64,000 nt of DNA from Nemertoderma westbladi. Lineage: Eukaryota; Animalia; Xenacoelomorpha. Positions within the stretch are counted from its first letter, which is position 1; every line of letters begins with the position of its first letter. Location of the stretch: assembly GCA_032718475.1 (NCBI GenBank), contig JAUCBJ010007004.1:1-64000 (forward strand). Reading direction: 5' to 3'. The notes under the pieces were generated by a model. The model worked only from the letters and a program-made list of their open reading frames with translations, made no database searches and had not been told where the DNA came from. Both the position numbers and the translations under genes were made by a program. Below, in pieces: positions 35,721-46,928 of this stretch.

Positions 35721-35948
35721 CCGTAATCTCTCCAAACTCAACAACAGTCAGACAGTAGCTCAGCCTACAATTATCTGAACAATCTGAGCAGGGTCACACG
35801 CCTTCTGCTCAATATTAGCCTACTAGGAAATAAAACCGACAGAAATAGATAAAATCTCAATAAAAATTCAGGGCTGCAGTCCCTGATTAAGTACTAAGAC
35901 CTACCGGTATACACCAATCAAATTCGAATAATACTAATGTACTGATAC

Positions 35949-36077
35949 AGCAGTACCGGTTAGGACAGTTGGGCCTACAGACCTACAGAAGTACCGGTTC
36001 TGGCAGTTGGACCTACGGACCTACAGCAGTACCGGTTCTGGCAGTTGGGCCTACTGACCTACGGAAGTACCGGTTCA
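35949..36077. repeat. ~36-bp tandem repeats next to the BEL 5' LTR
   Basis: agtaccggttctggcagttgg.cctac.gacctac occurs 3-4 times. Confidence 0.85.
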
Positions 36078-36142
36078 GGTTACCGGTCACTACGGTATTT
36101 TGCAACCTTATTGCCTACTGCAATAAGATATTAAACTGTTAC

Positions 36143-37337
36143 TGTTCGCGCTTTTGAAGACCTTTAGCAGTTTAACCTGCCAAAATTTATATGTCTTTTA
36201 GTTAATTGAAACACCTTTAGCATACGACAATATTTTATGCTAATACACAAAACATTACCCGAAGTCAGCCCATGCGCGATCATTCACCCGATGGATCTAC
36301 ACCCGGGAGGCTGAATTCGGCTGCTTAAATTTTATTATTGCAGTGTAAGGTTGCAGTGTAAACCTACTGTATTATTCGATAGATCGTTAATAATTAATTT
36401 CTGACAGATATTATTGGCTTTCGGGAAATATTAACAGTTCCTTTAGGACGTGGCGCTCTATCTATTTAAACAGAACTAGGACTTATACTAAACGCAACGA
36501 TACTGCTTATGATTAAAGTATAAAACGCATTCTTTAGGAAATGCTTTGTTACCAATCACAATCATGCACACTATTCTGCCGACCGTCAGTATATTTGATC
36601 ACATATAAAGAGAGCAGCAATTGACTCATGTAGGGTCTGCTAAATAACATTAGATTCAATACACACCACATTAATATAAATCGCAATTGTTATATATAGC
36701 CTGTCTCTCTAACCTGTAGTGTATCAAGAAAATTGGGAAATTTGGGTGATTTATCCGTATTATCCAAAGAGCAATATTTCCATCAACAAATAGATACAAT
36801 TAATAACTGACGGTAAATAACAGTACAAACAATATGATTAATAGTGAGTTAAGATTGATTAGTTAGGTGATTTAAGTTAGGTAACAGTTTATACTTTCGA
36901 TAATTTAAGCAGTTTTACTAGAGTTCTTCCCAAAAAGCCGGTGTTATGGCGAAAATGGGAACACAACAACAGAATCATATAAAATCACATGACTAGAATG
37001 ACTATACGAGTATACCAACTACCCTTATTCCCCGAAGCTCCCGTCCAACATAGAGGATGAGCAGTGAGATAGGAAATTCAGTTCAGTAGCTCTGGGATAG
37101 GTCGAAATCAACGCCCACTCAAATTCTATTGGCCGATACGGACAGCAAGGCTAAGGCAACCTCTCTAAGCTAGTTGGCCGATTAAACTGAGCCCAGATAT
37201 CTCCGTACAGCACATCAGCCAATAAGCTGGTAGCTTGCACTATTTTAGTTATAAATCCCTTTGAGAGTATTCTAGCGACTGGGGGGGAACTGGCCAGCAA
37301 AGGCAAACGTATCAGTTATCCCACAAAAGCTTTTACA
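36143..37337 (-). repeat. 5' LTR of the BEL/Pao element
   Basis: 1195 bp, matches 14675-15869. Confidence 0.96.
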
Positions 37338-39989
37338 GGCAAAGATGATTTACGATTTTGTAATTAGGAATATTATAGCAATTACCCATATTTCTGGTCA
37401 TTTTCTTAAATAGATATTCATTCGTTCCTGGCTTGTAACCACAATCTGAGTAGATATATGCCTCTGCTGCAATTATTTTTCCCTTGGAACTACACCCCAG
37501 CTTATACTTAAAGAAAATTGGTGTCCTGTTACCTAGCATTTCAAAATCTTGATTTCTGTTCATTGCATACCTAATTGGCCTTCCAAGCTTATAAGCAGCC
37601 AGAGCTACAGGTCCAATCACTACACGAGGCTTAGAAAGTTTGCCACCAAATCCACCGCCAAGCCTCTTCACCTTAATGTCTATTTTATTTCTAGGTATAT
37701 CAATTAATGAACTTAAAAAGGACTGAGTGTTAGTAAGATCTTGTGTAGCAGCATAGACAGTCATCTCATCATTTTCACCCGATGGCACACATAAGCAAGC
37801 AATATTCTCCAAATATACATGGTTTTGAGAACATATTTTGAGTTCACCTTCAATAATATGCTCAGAACTCTTGAATCCATTTTCAACATTCCCCAAAGCT
37901 TGAGTATCCGGATCTCCATAAAATGACTCTACTTTAATGGCATCTTCAATGTTGGTTACAGCATCAAGAATCTCATAACATACAACAATAGAATTTGCAG
38001 CCATGTTGGCTGCTACTTCAGATGTTGCTACAACACAACCAATTACCTGTCCAACAAAATGAACTTCTTCTGTTGCAAAAACAGTTATTGCGGAATTATC
38101 ATTCTGTCCAGGGACATCTTTGTGACAGAAATATCTCACAAATCCCATCATATTCTTTGCTTCTGAAATGTCGACTGAAATAATCTTTGCATGAGCTTCA
38201 GTACTCGTCACAAAGGCAAGGTGTAATTCATTGCTTAATTTCGGCAAATCTCCTACATACACCGACTCACCAGTGCAATGCGCCAGCCCACAATGGTGCA
38301 CCAAAGGTTTTCCTGTAAATTTGCTCTTGGAATGCCAATCACCGATATGTTGATGCGATTGAAATATAGAATTTGTTGAATACTTGTGATCCTCCTGATC
38401 ACTAACAAAATCATAAAACATTCTAAATAACCCACCAGCTAGAAATCCTTGATATTCAGGGAGCATATCCCCAAATTCTACATTCAAATCATCAATAACA
38501 CTATGTACGAGGTTTTCATCCCATAGTTTTCCAATTGCTAAAGATTGTGCATGGCTAGGTACAACAATGCCACCTTTAACGCCTCCATACACAAGGGTCA
38601 GTTTCTTTACTGTATTCGATGCATCCCGTACAACCTTATATCCACATGATAGAGGAGAAAATTGGGTGTTTGTTGGTTTTGGCCAAAGACGATGAGTAAA
38701 CAGGTTACCATATTCTTCACAACATGGAATAAACACACTTAAAACAAGTTCCATATCCGAGACATGGGAAGCAGTGGCAATCTTGTAAAAATCAGTATTC
38801 AATGGAACTACCCGTCTACATTTTGTTCCACAATCTAAAACTTCCAATGTTGCCTCACAAGCCACAAGGAGTGGTACAATATCAGATGAAGAAGGGTTAG
38901 GGGCCAATACATTTCCGATAACAGTGCCCATTTCCCTCACCGTTTTATTCATTGAATTTGTAGCCTGTATTAGAGATTTACAAAGTAAAGGTTGTTTATC
39001 TTGATTGCAAGAACGTTGAAGATGTAACCGCAAATTGGAAATAGTAACAGCAGATCCAACACAAATTCCTTCAGAAGTTATATCAATCATAGCAAGTTCA
39101 TTTACATATTCAGTAGCAATGGCGACATCCACATCATATTGTTTTAGCATGGTTAACTGTCCTCCAACGAATCTTGCTGATCCATGCTTAGTTTTGAAAT
39201 CTAATAAAGAATTTAATGAAAGAGGGAAAAATGTAATACCAAAAGGCCCATTTAATAATACATCTTTTTGCTGTTTTGATAAATCATACAATTCACTCGG
39301 ATAAACAGGATTTGATGCTTCTGAATAGGGCATGTACTCATCAGAGTCATAAAGAGGGCATTTCTGACAATGCTGAGATTCATCAGTGAATGATTGAAAT
39401 GCATCGACAATAGGACGGTATCCTGTACATCGACATAGATTCCCTCTCAGTGTATCTTCTATGTCTATAATATCAGGATTAGGGTTATTTTTCAGCAACC
39501 CATACATTGACATAACGAACCCTGGACTGCAGTATCCGCATTGTGTTCCATGTGATAATGCTAATCGCTGTTGTATGGGATGGGGTTTCTTGGTGGTGCC
39601 TAGACCTTCTATCGTTGTTATGGCAGCTAAATGGCATCGTGTTAAAGGGAATAAACATGATGACACAATCCTATGTTCTATATCTACACCACCAGGGTAA
39701 ATCTTAGAAACAAGAACATTGCAAGCGCCACAATGTCCAGTTTCGCATGTAGGCTTACAGCCTGTCAATCCAAGTTCATTACGTAGATAGTTGAGAAGGG
39801 TTGACTTCTGTTTGTCTCCAAAAATATCTTTTCTCACACCATTAACAAAGCAAATAATTGAGTCATTCATTATATTTTACTGTATCGTGGTTATAAACTA
39901 AACGTATAAATAAAAAATCGACATTAATGGCAGAAGACTGTACCCATATACTTTTTTTTCTGAAATGGACACATAAACTTAGAATTGTC

Positions 39990-40267
39990 TTAAAAAGTAA
40001 AAGTAAAATAAATTTTCTTCGGCCACTAGGCCAGGGATTACGCACAAAGTCTGACGACTTATTTCCAGTGCGGTCCCCCCAGAACTTTACTCCCCAGAAG
40101 AAACTCCAGTACTCATTTAGCTACCACTTGCAAGGCAGAGATGCGCCCTGGCTGGTCCCTTTAAAGCATTCGTACCGAAACGAAAACTGCCCTGGTCCAT
40201 GTGAGGATCGAACCCACGACCTACAGGAGATGTGAATTCAATGCGACCACTACACCAAGGTGGAACC
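39990..40267 (-). mobile_element. tRNA-derived SINE
   Basis: A-box TGGTGTAGTGG and B-box GGTTCGATCC; GGTTCCA/TGGACC acceptor-like stem; central AGCTAAATGAGTAC resembling SINE core domains; (TTTTAC)n tail. Confidence 0.7.
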
Positions 40268-42470
40268 TCACGTTTATTTACTTAACATTTACATAACATT
40301 TATTTACGACAGTACGACGGACCCAAGACGGACCACCAGACGGACGGACATGCTGACATGCACAATTTATTTTCCCAATATGAACCGCATGCCAAGCTTC
40401 ACCGAAAACGTGTCACGGAGTCGGCGACAATTATTATTATTTGGATCCAGTAGGCCTATTGATGGCTTGGGCGATTTGTAACAATGTCCAAAATACCAAA
40501 AAATCCTATAGGCCTATTATCTTAGTTGGCAGAAAAGATTACAGGATAGTTTACTACTAGGTCGAGCGAACTCGGACAGAGGAAATGAGATCCTTCCAGG
40601 CTTCCTGATTCTCCATAGTTGTCGCAATTTCGTTTCTCCCAAGTTCAGTATCCCTTTCAAGTTGATCTATATATGTTATGGCCGGTCGTCCACGACTACA
40701 CTTTCCATGAGTTGGTTGCCTGAAAAGTAGATCTGGTATGACCTTGTCTTTACTTCGCCAGCAGTGCCCACTGAATCTTAATTTGCATTCACGGAGGGTG
40801 GTTGATACAGGTGGTATTGTACCATAAAGCTCGGCGTTTGTCATGTTTTGTCTCCAGCTGATGTTTAGAGCTGCCCTTAGTAGTCTTGTGTAGCAACCAT
40901 CAATTCGTTATTCTAACGAGATAAATCACCGTCAACTAACCGTCAACTAAATAAGTCATTGAGGGCTATAGCGCCTAGGGCACCATTGAAGGCAAAGGCT
41001 TGAGTGCGCATCTGCAATAGAGATGATACACGCCCCGCTCTGTCTATACTGGATGGTGGATGCTCCTCTACCAGTGTTACGTAACCTAACCCAGGAGACA
41101 CACTTGGCTCAGAGTGTAACAAAAGGACCCATACAGTCGGCAGCAGGGCTGTAGGCCATGGATAGGCGGAAGGTAATCAACCAACGGCTAGACATGCTGA
41201 CAAGGTCGGCGGAAGGTAATCAACCAACGGCGACCTACTGCGAAGACGCTTGTAGGAGTTGCGACCACAAGCGGTTTACCCCCGCAACTGAAAGATATGA
41301 GTATGAGAACCCTCCAGGAGAAATACCGGCTCGGTCGTCGCCCGGGTCAACAAGAACCGCGTCCCTCAGTGGTACACCAGGCTGGGGTCGATAAATTGGC
41401 TACTGGAACAGAAGAAAGAAGAACCAACCTGCTGAAATGTAAAAAGACACTAAAGATTGCTACAATTAACGCACGCACGCTGAAAAGCACATAACAAACA
41501 GGGTGACAAGGTCGCTCTAGCAATGGAATGTAACATCGACATCATCTGCATCCAAGAACATCGGATTTGTCATGAAGACACTGCCATGAAGTACAATGAC
41601 ATTGGAAATGGATGGACGTTAGTAACAAGCTCAGCAGTAAGAAACTCGGCCAATGCATCAATTGGAGGAGTAGGAATTCTGCTAAGTCCATTTGCACTTA
41701 AGACCCTAAACAACATCGAATCTATAAATTCCAGGGTTATGATAGCAACATTTGTGGGGAATCCCAAGACAACAGTAATATGTTGCTACAGTCCAACCAA
41801 TGCCTCAGAGCCAGAACAAGCAGTCAAGTTTTATGAAGATCTGACTGGACTTATAAAAGACATTCCGAAACACAATGTTAAAGTCATTGCTGGTGACCTG
41901 AATGCTCAAATTGGCCCAGAAGACATCAAGGATTACACATATAACACCAGTTCTAATAGAAATGTTCTAATAGTACTTACTTTTAGACCTAATGGAAGAA
42001 TGTGAATTGATACCAACAAACACCACATTCGAAAAGAGTAAGGGGAAGCTATGGACCTTTCAATACCCTAATGGAACCATAAGCACAACTGGATTACATC
42101 CTTATAAACAAAAAGTGGAGAAACAGCATGATCAACTGCGAGGCATACAGCTCGTTCAACCTAATTGGTTCGGACCACAGAATTGTGACTGCAGAGATCA
42201 GACTCAGTTTGAGAGCCAGCAAACTAATGGACAAGCAAGCAAATCAATTATGACTGGGAGAAACTCAGAACTGACAGATCTGCAGTAAAGGATGCTTATA
42301 CAGTAGAAGTTCAAAACCGCTTTGAAGCACTCCAGTCAATGGATGAAGACCAGTCCACCGATTCAATATACCAGAATATAATAACAGCCCACAAGGAATC
42401 AGCTAAGAGGCATATCCCCCAGAAACCTAAACGAAAACAGTATGTGCCATGGCAAAACTCTGAGGTTACT

Positions 42471-45400
42471 ACTACTACTAGGATCGGCATGCTGCATTGC
42501 AGCTGCATTTTTAAGAATACTGTGCCGGCTTGTCGACAAAATTGCGCCGCCACAACTCCCTATAACCCATGACATTTGCTAGTTCATCCGCATCTTCAAG
42601 GCCAGTGTCCTTTAAGATGCGTCTCAAGCTGGTCCTCACGGCGAAAGCAATGTCCTGCAAAACGGAGGCGATTTTGTTCTAGAGTCAAGCTTGGGGGAAC
42701 CAATGAGACACCTCCGATGTTATATAGTGTCTGGTTGGAGATGTGTGCCTTGTACTTGACACAATGAACCCGGCGTAGCATTCTTGTGAATATGCCATCC
42801 AGAGATTTGGTGTCCTCAGCAGTTAGAGCCCAGCATGGACTCCCATAGAGGAGTACTGGAACTACTGCTGCTCTAAATAATCGGACCTTAAGTTTCCGAT
42901 TAATTCTCGGTGACTTCCAAATCCTAGAAAGCCTATTCAAGGCTGTCCATGCCTTTCCCTTACGTATTCGAAGGTCCTCACCTGACTTCCGGATCCATGA
43001 TCCCAGGTAACAACAGAAGTCATCCACATGCTCAAGCATACCATCCTTTGAGCTTATGCTCATCCGATCAGTACTTGCTGAGGAATTTTAAAGTTAACTA
43101 TCAGAGATTTTGGTCTTTCTGGAGTTAATAAAAAGACCAACACTTGAAGCAGCATGTTCTAATGAGCTGAGGAGCCGTTGGGCTCCCTCTAGTGATTCGG
43201 AGAGTACTCCTAAGTCATCAGGAAAGTCGAGATCAGTTAGGTACTTGGCAGGATTTCCTCGACTTCTGGAGCCAGTAGGTGGAGTTATCATCACCCCATC
43301 ATCATTATGATGATCCAAGGACATGCGTAGAACATAGTCAACAACAATTATGAACAAGAATGATGCAAGTGTGTCTCCCTGGAGGACGCCCCATAACACT
43401 TCAAATGGTTCTGTGTCACCGTCAACAGTAGACACAAATGTTGTCGAACCATCGTATACTGATCTGATTGCTGCAATAACTTCATCAGGAATCCCATATA
43501 ATGAAAGTATGCTGAACATACGTGAGCGAGAAACTGAATCAAAGGCCTTGAAGAAGTCAACAAAGATAACAGCCAGATGCCTGTCTTTCTTTTTTGATAA
43601 CTCTTCAATTATCCTTCTAAGTGCCAAAATGGACTCCATGGTCCCACGACCTTTACGGAACCCATTCTGATTTCCACGGAGCAGTCTCTCAATGGGATCC
43701 CTGATGCGATTTAATAGAATTCTATTGTATAGCTTTGCAGCAATCGAGATTAATGAGATTCACCGAAAAGAACCATAGAGTGTTAGGTTTCCCTTCTTGG
43801 GTACTGGCACCAACTTATTTGTTTTCGTTTCTTGTGGGACACTTGTTGTTCGGTACATGTCTACTATGATGGGATAGATGAGCTTTAAACGGTATTTTAA
43901 AGACCTCAGGGGGAACACCATCTACTCCACTGGCACGATTGGTCTTAATGCTCTTTGCAGCAGCCTTGACTTCTGCAAAGGAGATATCACCAATGGGAAT
44001 ATCTGGGAATACAGACTCAGACATTTTTACTTCTATAAAGTTATCAGGCAATACCCTGTCATTATTGAGGAGGTTTTCAAGGTGGGCCTTCCAACCATTG
44101 AGGCGATCGGCTGGTGATTCAGCCTTAACCTTAGTGATTGGTTGGCTTTTCCGACCAGTAAGCAAGTTGATCGATTTCCATGCCTGGGATGATTGCCTGT
44201 TGTCGTCAGCATCATTGATAGCATCAACCTGTTGGTTTATTAGCTCCTGTAAATTAACAGAGTACTGCCTGTTCAGGGACATAGATGCAGCCTTAACTGC
44301 ATTGTTGGCCGCTGTAGTCTGTTTGAGACAGGACTCTTTCTGCGCCTTGTAGAGGTCATTTCGGCACTTCTGAATTTTGTTGTCAGTCCAGGGGGCCCGT
44401 TTCCTGTTTCGAGGGTATACAGGAACTGTTTCTGCAGCTGCTAACTTAACTGCCTCTGTGAAGGCAGTATATCCCTCACAGTGATCTGCCGCCTCAGAGG
44501 CAAGAACCTCATACCTGTTGCTCAGCTGTAGTGTGAAGCTGGATCAACCGCCCCCATGTCCTTAATCAGAACCTCATCAGTCTGTCCAGTCTGCATTCGG
44601 TGCTCTTGAACACCCACTGCACTAAGAGAAAGCTTATCTGCAGTCAGCTCACCTTGTCGCATTGGGGACCCGAGTGTTAGGGTGTTTACTGAGGCTAGTC
44701 TAGTGACTTGCCTCAGATTCACCAATGGCTTTGTTGGTCGGGGTGGAACATGAGAGTAGCCTCCAACTCCAGAATCCCTCTCCCTCCCCCTCACAATCTG
44801 GCCTCCCTGGTGACCCAGGGTTTGGGCCAGAAAGGTCATCAGGAAAGGGACTCAAAGAATTGTTTGCCAGTCTCTCTCCAGTAGGGTGTGAGACAGGCCG
44901 CCGGTCAGGAGATAACTGACGCCTGAGAGGCTGATTGTGTCCGGTCATTCCACTGGCCTCTAGTGGCCGGACCTCCGCATTACTAATGTAATCCATAGTG
45001 GGGGTTGGGGGGTGCTTTTTTGCCGAGTCAGCTCTCGGGGCAAATACCACACCCTGGTTTGCCATTCCACAGGGTGGGTGTCGCAGTGGAGTCAGATATG
45101 AGGCCCATCACCCATATCTACTCTGGCGCACATAACCCACCATTGGCTGTGCAGCTCATCTTCTGGGTCATGCCCTGTACCCCTGCCGCCAGGTGCAGGT
45201 CGCAGTGAAGTGCACTCAGAGTGAACATGAGAACACTCTACTCCTGACTGTTGGTATTGGTAGATCACCATCTGCCTGGCCAGTCCATATACTGTACCCC
45301 TGCAGCCAAGTATATATATATATTAATAGATACACCCCGGGCGGGGTAAATATGAGATACAGTATACCAATCAGCCAATAGAAAAACATATACCAATACA

Positions 45401-46928
45401 GTACAGTATATAAAAGTACAGTAATATGCGAGGGGAGACGGGGGGGGGGGGGGGGGGCGTTGTGGTTAGTTTGCGGCGAGTACTGACAGCGGCGGGCAGA
45501 GGTTGCAGGAAAGTATGTGGTAGCGGTCACTGCAGGAGAGTTTGCAGAACTTGCAATGGCATTCCGGGGTTAAGGCATGGAAGGGAACGGAGTTGTTGCA
45601 GACTTTAAAGTGGAATCCGTGGGCTGTCGTCCGGGTGACAACATGCCTGTTAGTCTGGCCATGAGTCTTCCAAACCGAGGTTTGGAATGCTGGACCGCGG
45701 GAGTATCCCTCGTTAACGAAATTCTCCTCGCGTTCGGAGCGGTACGACCGGTAGTTTCGGATAACTTCTGGGTTAAACGCATACAGGGAGGTCTCTAGGA
45801 GGGCTTTGATGAATGATTTTTCCCCTGCCAATTTTAATACAAGAGTCGAGGAAGCAGAGCTGTGTAGTCGAAGCATTCGTTTTACGTGGGTCGTTTTTAC
45901 TTTGTCGATATCTTTCACATTTTGCAGGGAGAGATGTGGTGAGATTATTTGTAGTGCGTATGTTATCATTGGAGATATTTTTGAGTTGAAAATTTTAATT
46001 CCAGTTTCTACAGACAAGAGGTGGATGTGTTTAAGGGAACCGATGATGCAATAAGCTTTTTCTTTTTTCTGTTTGAGGTGGAGAGAGAAGGATAGTGAGG
46101 ACTGGAAGGTGACTCCGAGATATTCGTAGTGGCTGGCGAGTTGAACTTCGCGGTTGTTGTAAGTGAAGTGGTCGCTGCGTGCAATGCGGCTGCCTTTGCG
46201 GAATTTTACCATTTTTGTTTTGGTGAGGTTCACCTCCATCCCATTAGCGACACACCAGGTTTGGAGGACGTCAAGTGCAGATTGGATTTCGAGTTTGTTG
46301 CAGGAGTAGAACACTAGGTCGTCTGCGTAGAATATAAATTTAAGGAGAGCCACAGAGTTACGGAGGGCTGACGCCAGATCCGCAATGAAGATGATGAAAA
46401 GAGTCGGAGAGAGGCAGTCCCCTTGAAGGACACCACGGAGTTGGTGGATTATATTCGAGAAACGTAGGCCATCATAAACCCGGATGTAATTATCTAGTAG
46501 TTCCTTTACGAGATCGTATGTCTTTCCTTTGATACCGAGGGCATATATTTTATGGAGTAGCTTGGCACGGCTTACAAAGTCGAACGCCTTTCGGAAGTCG
46601 ACGAATGCCGCGTAGACGATCCGTTCTTCGCGGCGACTCGAGCGGAACGCTGATGCTATATCGCAGAGGAGTTTTGATATAGCTTGATTCGTAGAGCGAC
46701 CGGGGAGGAATCCGTATTGTTCGGGTGGGATCAGTTGGCCAAGCAGCCAAGTATATGGGTCCTTAATCGAGGACCAAGGGCGTCCTTATCCCAGAACGAA
46801 GGGGGTCGTAGTTACAGGACCAGATTTGCCCTAGTAAGAGGGTCTATGCAGCTACAGGTGGCACCTCCTTTATGCTGCATGGAAGTGGCAAGTTTTCTTG
46901 ATCAATAACCTAGAATACCTGACCTGAC
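42471..46928 (-). mobile_element. Family A RTE/RTEX-like LINE with 5' UTR, internally deleted endonuclease, decayed RT
   Basis: TSD CTGAGGTTACT at 42460-42470 and 46929-46939; (TAG)n tail; RT motifs FVDFFKAFDS and GVLQGDTLAS. Confidence 0.88.
45316..46742 (-). mobile_element. 5'-truncated LINE of a third family (CR1/L2-group-like RT, C-terminal Cys/His motif)
   Basis: FYADDLV, YEYLGV and CHCKFC...DRYHILSC; TSD GCAGCCAAGTATAT at 45302-45315 and 46743-46756. The clade assignment is uncertain. Confidence 0.85.

Larger units (their letters stand above)
14675..37337 (-). mobile_element. Giant BEL/Pao (Belpaoviridae-type) LTR retrotransposon
   Basis: Two 1195-bp LTRs (TG..CA); 5-bp TSD GGCAA at 14670-14674 and 37338-37342; BEL-type gag-pol; purine tract GGGAGCGG before the 3' LTR. 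Confidence 0.96.
13417..39870 (-). pseudogene. XDH: Xanthine dehydrogenase/aldehyde oxidase family gene (AOX-like), intronless CDS of 1261 aa, interrupted by an LTR retrotransposon (parts 39870-37338 and 14669-13417)
   Basis: 2Fe-2S motifs GCKPTCETGHCGAC, QCGYCSPG and NLCRCTGYRPI; FAD domain; Moco motifs GGGFGGK, GVEMGQGLH, DIGQIEGAFIQGLG and GIGEAPL. Removing the element plus one GGCAA gives the in-frame HLC-QSNWPSNGAMRG (family consensus CKTNLPSNTAFRG). The symbol names the family only. Confidence 0.93.

Noticed and set aside
40191-40267. Functional tRNA gene
   Set aside because: The cloverleaf and anticodon arm are irregular, and the sequence continues into a SINE body and tail.
40960-41300. 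HDV-like or twister ribozyme in the LINE 5' UTRs (also 46757-46928 and 45000-45300)
   Set aside because: Hairpins and a 24-bp direct repeat are present, but I could not assemble the required pseudoknots or catalytic motifs by eye; an Infernal search would decide.
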